From Thermoproteota archaeon (GTDB lineage Archaea > Thermoproteota > Nitrososphaeria > Nitrososphaerales > Nitrososphaeraceae), in NCBI GenBank assembly GCA_046728625.1, contig JBKPEX010000298.1:1-58514 (forward strand): a stretch of 58,514 nt of DNA. Reading direction: 5' to 3'. Below the pieces are notes generated by a model. The model had not been told where the DNA came from and made no database searches. It worked only from the letters and a program-made list of their open reading frames with translations. Position numbers and translations under genes: made by a program. Numbering within the stretch: position 1 is the first letter of the stretch; every line of letters begins with the position of its first letter. This document shows positions 58,289 to 58,514 of this stretch, piece after piece.

Positions 58289-58514
58289 TTTGAACTGGTA
58301 GGAGTATGCAAGTACATAAGTTGCAGTCAAATAACTTCTAGAAGGAACAAGAGATGTTGTTGGATGATGACTGCGGCTTGTGTCTTGAATATTCGCACTT
58401 GACTTGACTTATTATTTTTAATTTTATCATCTTGTCTAACCATACTGTTGAAAGAACGAAAGTTAATAACGGCGAATATCTACATGGTTAGAATTCAACC
58501 AAAGGCCGTAATTA

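Noticed and set aside
1-58514. A search for CRISPR arrays, rRNA genes, IS elements/transposases, integrases, att-type repeats of the tRNA-Tyr 3' half, and known defence-system genes.
   Set aside because: None were found by eye. The only repeats seen are short: 15-mer x2 at 12476, 9-mer x2 at 22958/22988, 8-mer x2 at 52622/52643, and a tactattat microsatellite at about 33383. An exhaustive repeat search needs software.

Overview
This is an AT-rich archaeal chromosomal segment. Archaeal markers include RadA, EF-1alpha plus S10, L21e, Rpo4/RpoF, KsgA, an archaeal histone, Dph2, an SRP (7S) RNA and an intron-containing tRNA-Tyr with a C1-G72 pair. Gene content and composition are consistent with an aerobic Nitrososphaerota (Thaumarchaeota)-like organism, but that lineage call is inference only.

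The left half (about 4-25 kb) is dense housekeeping:
- prs, rnz and rnhA.
- An rpl21e-rpoF-DUF655-ksgA cluster, then radA.
- A seven-gene, translationally coupled tetrapyrrole operon (sirC-hemA-hemB-hemL-hemC-cobA-hemD).
- sufB-sufD with a Rieske ferredoxin.
- An Lrp regulator and a TtuA/Ncs6-type tRNA thiolase.

The stretch from about 31 to 41.8 kb has low coding density, with several ORF-free gaps of 0.4-0.9 kb. It holds lineage-specific small proteins and the two-subunit aconitase-X (phosphomevalonate dehydratase-type) pair.

The right part carries a fixABCX-like electron-transfer-flavoprotein operon with a fused FixC-FixX, a divergent second hemB, and thioredoxin-fold proteins. It also has a GT2 glycosyltransferase, an ABC-2 permease, a histone and a sugar nucleotidyltransferase.

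Most worth a second look:
- An orphan soluble MtrA-like (corrinoid-binding type) protein near a DHPS-type pterin-binding protein.
- The fixABCX-like cluster with unusual insertions.
- A tRNA-Tyr interrupted twice.
- The divergent hemB paralog.
- A box C/D-like sRNA candidate.
- A nested-hairpin RNA candidate 3' of the AcnX genes.
- A two-member family of Roadblock-like small proteins, one fused to an HTH.

I saw no CRISPR array, rRNA, transposase or integrase. I cannot point to a single clear novel multi-gene system. All similarity statements are by-eye motif recognition, not database searches.
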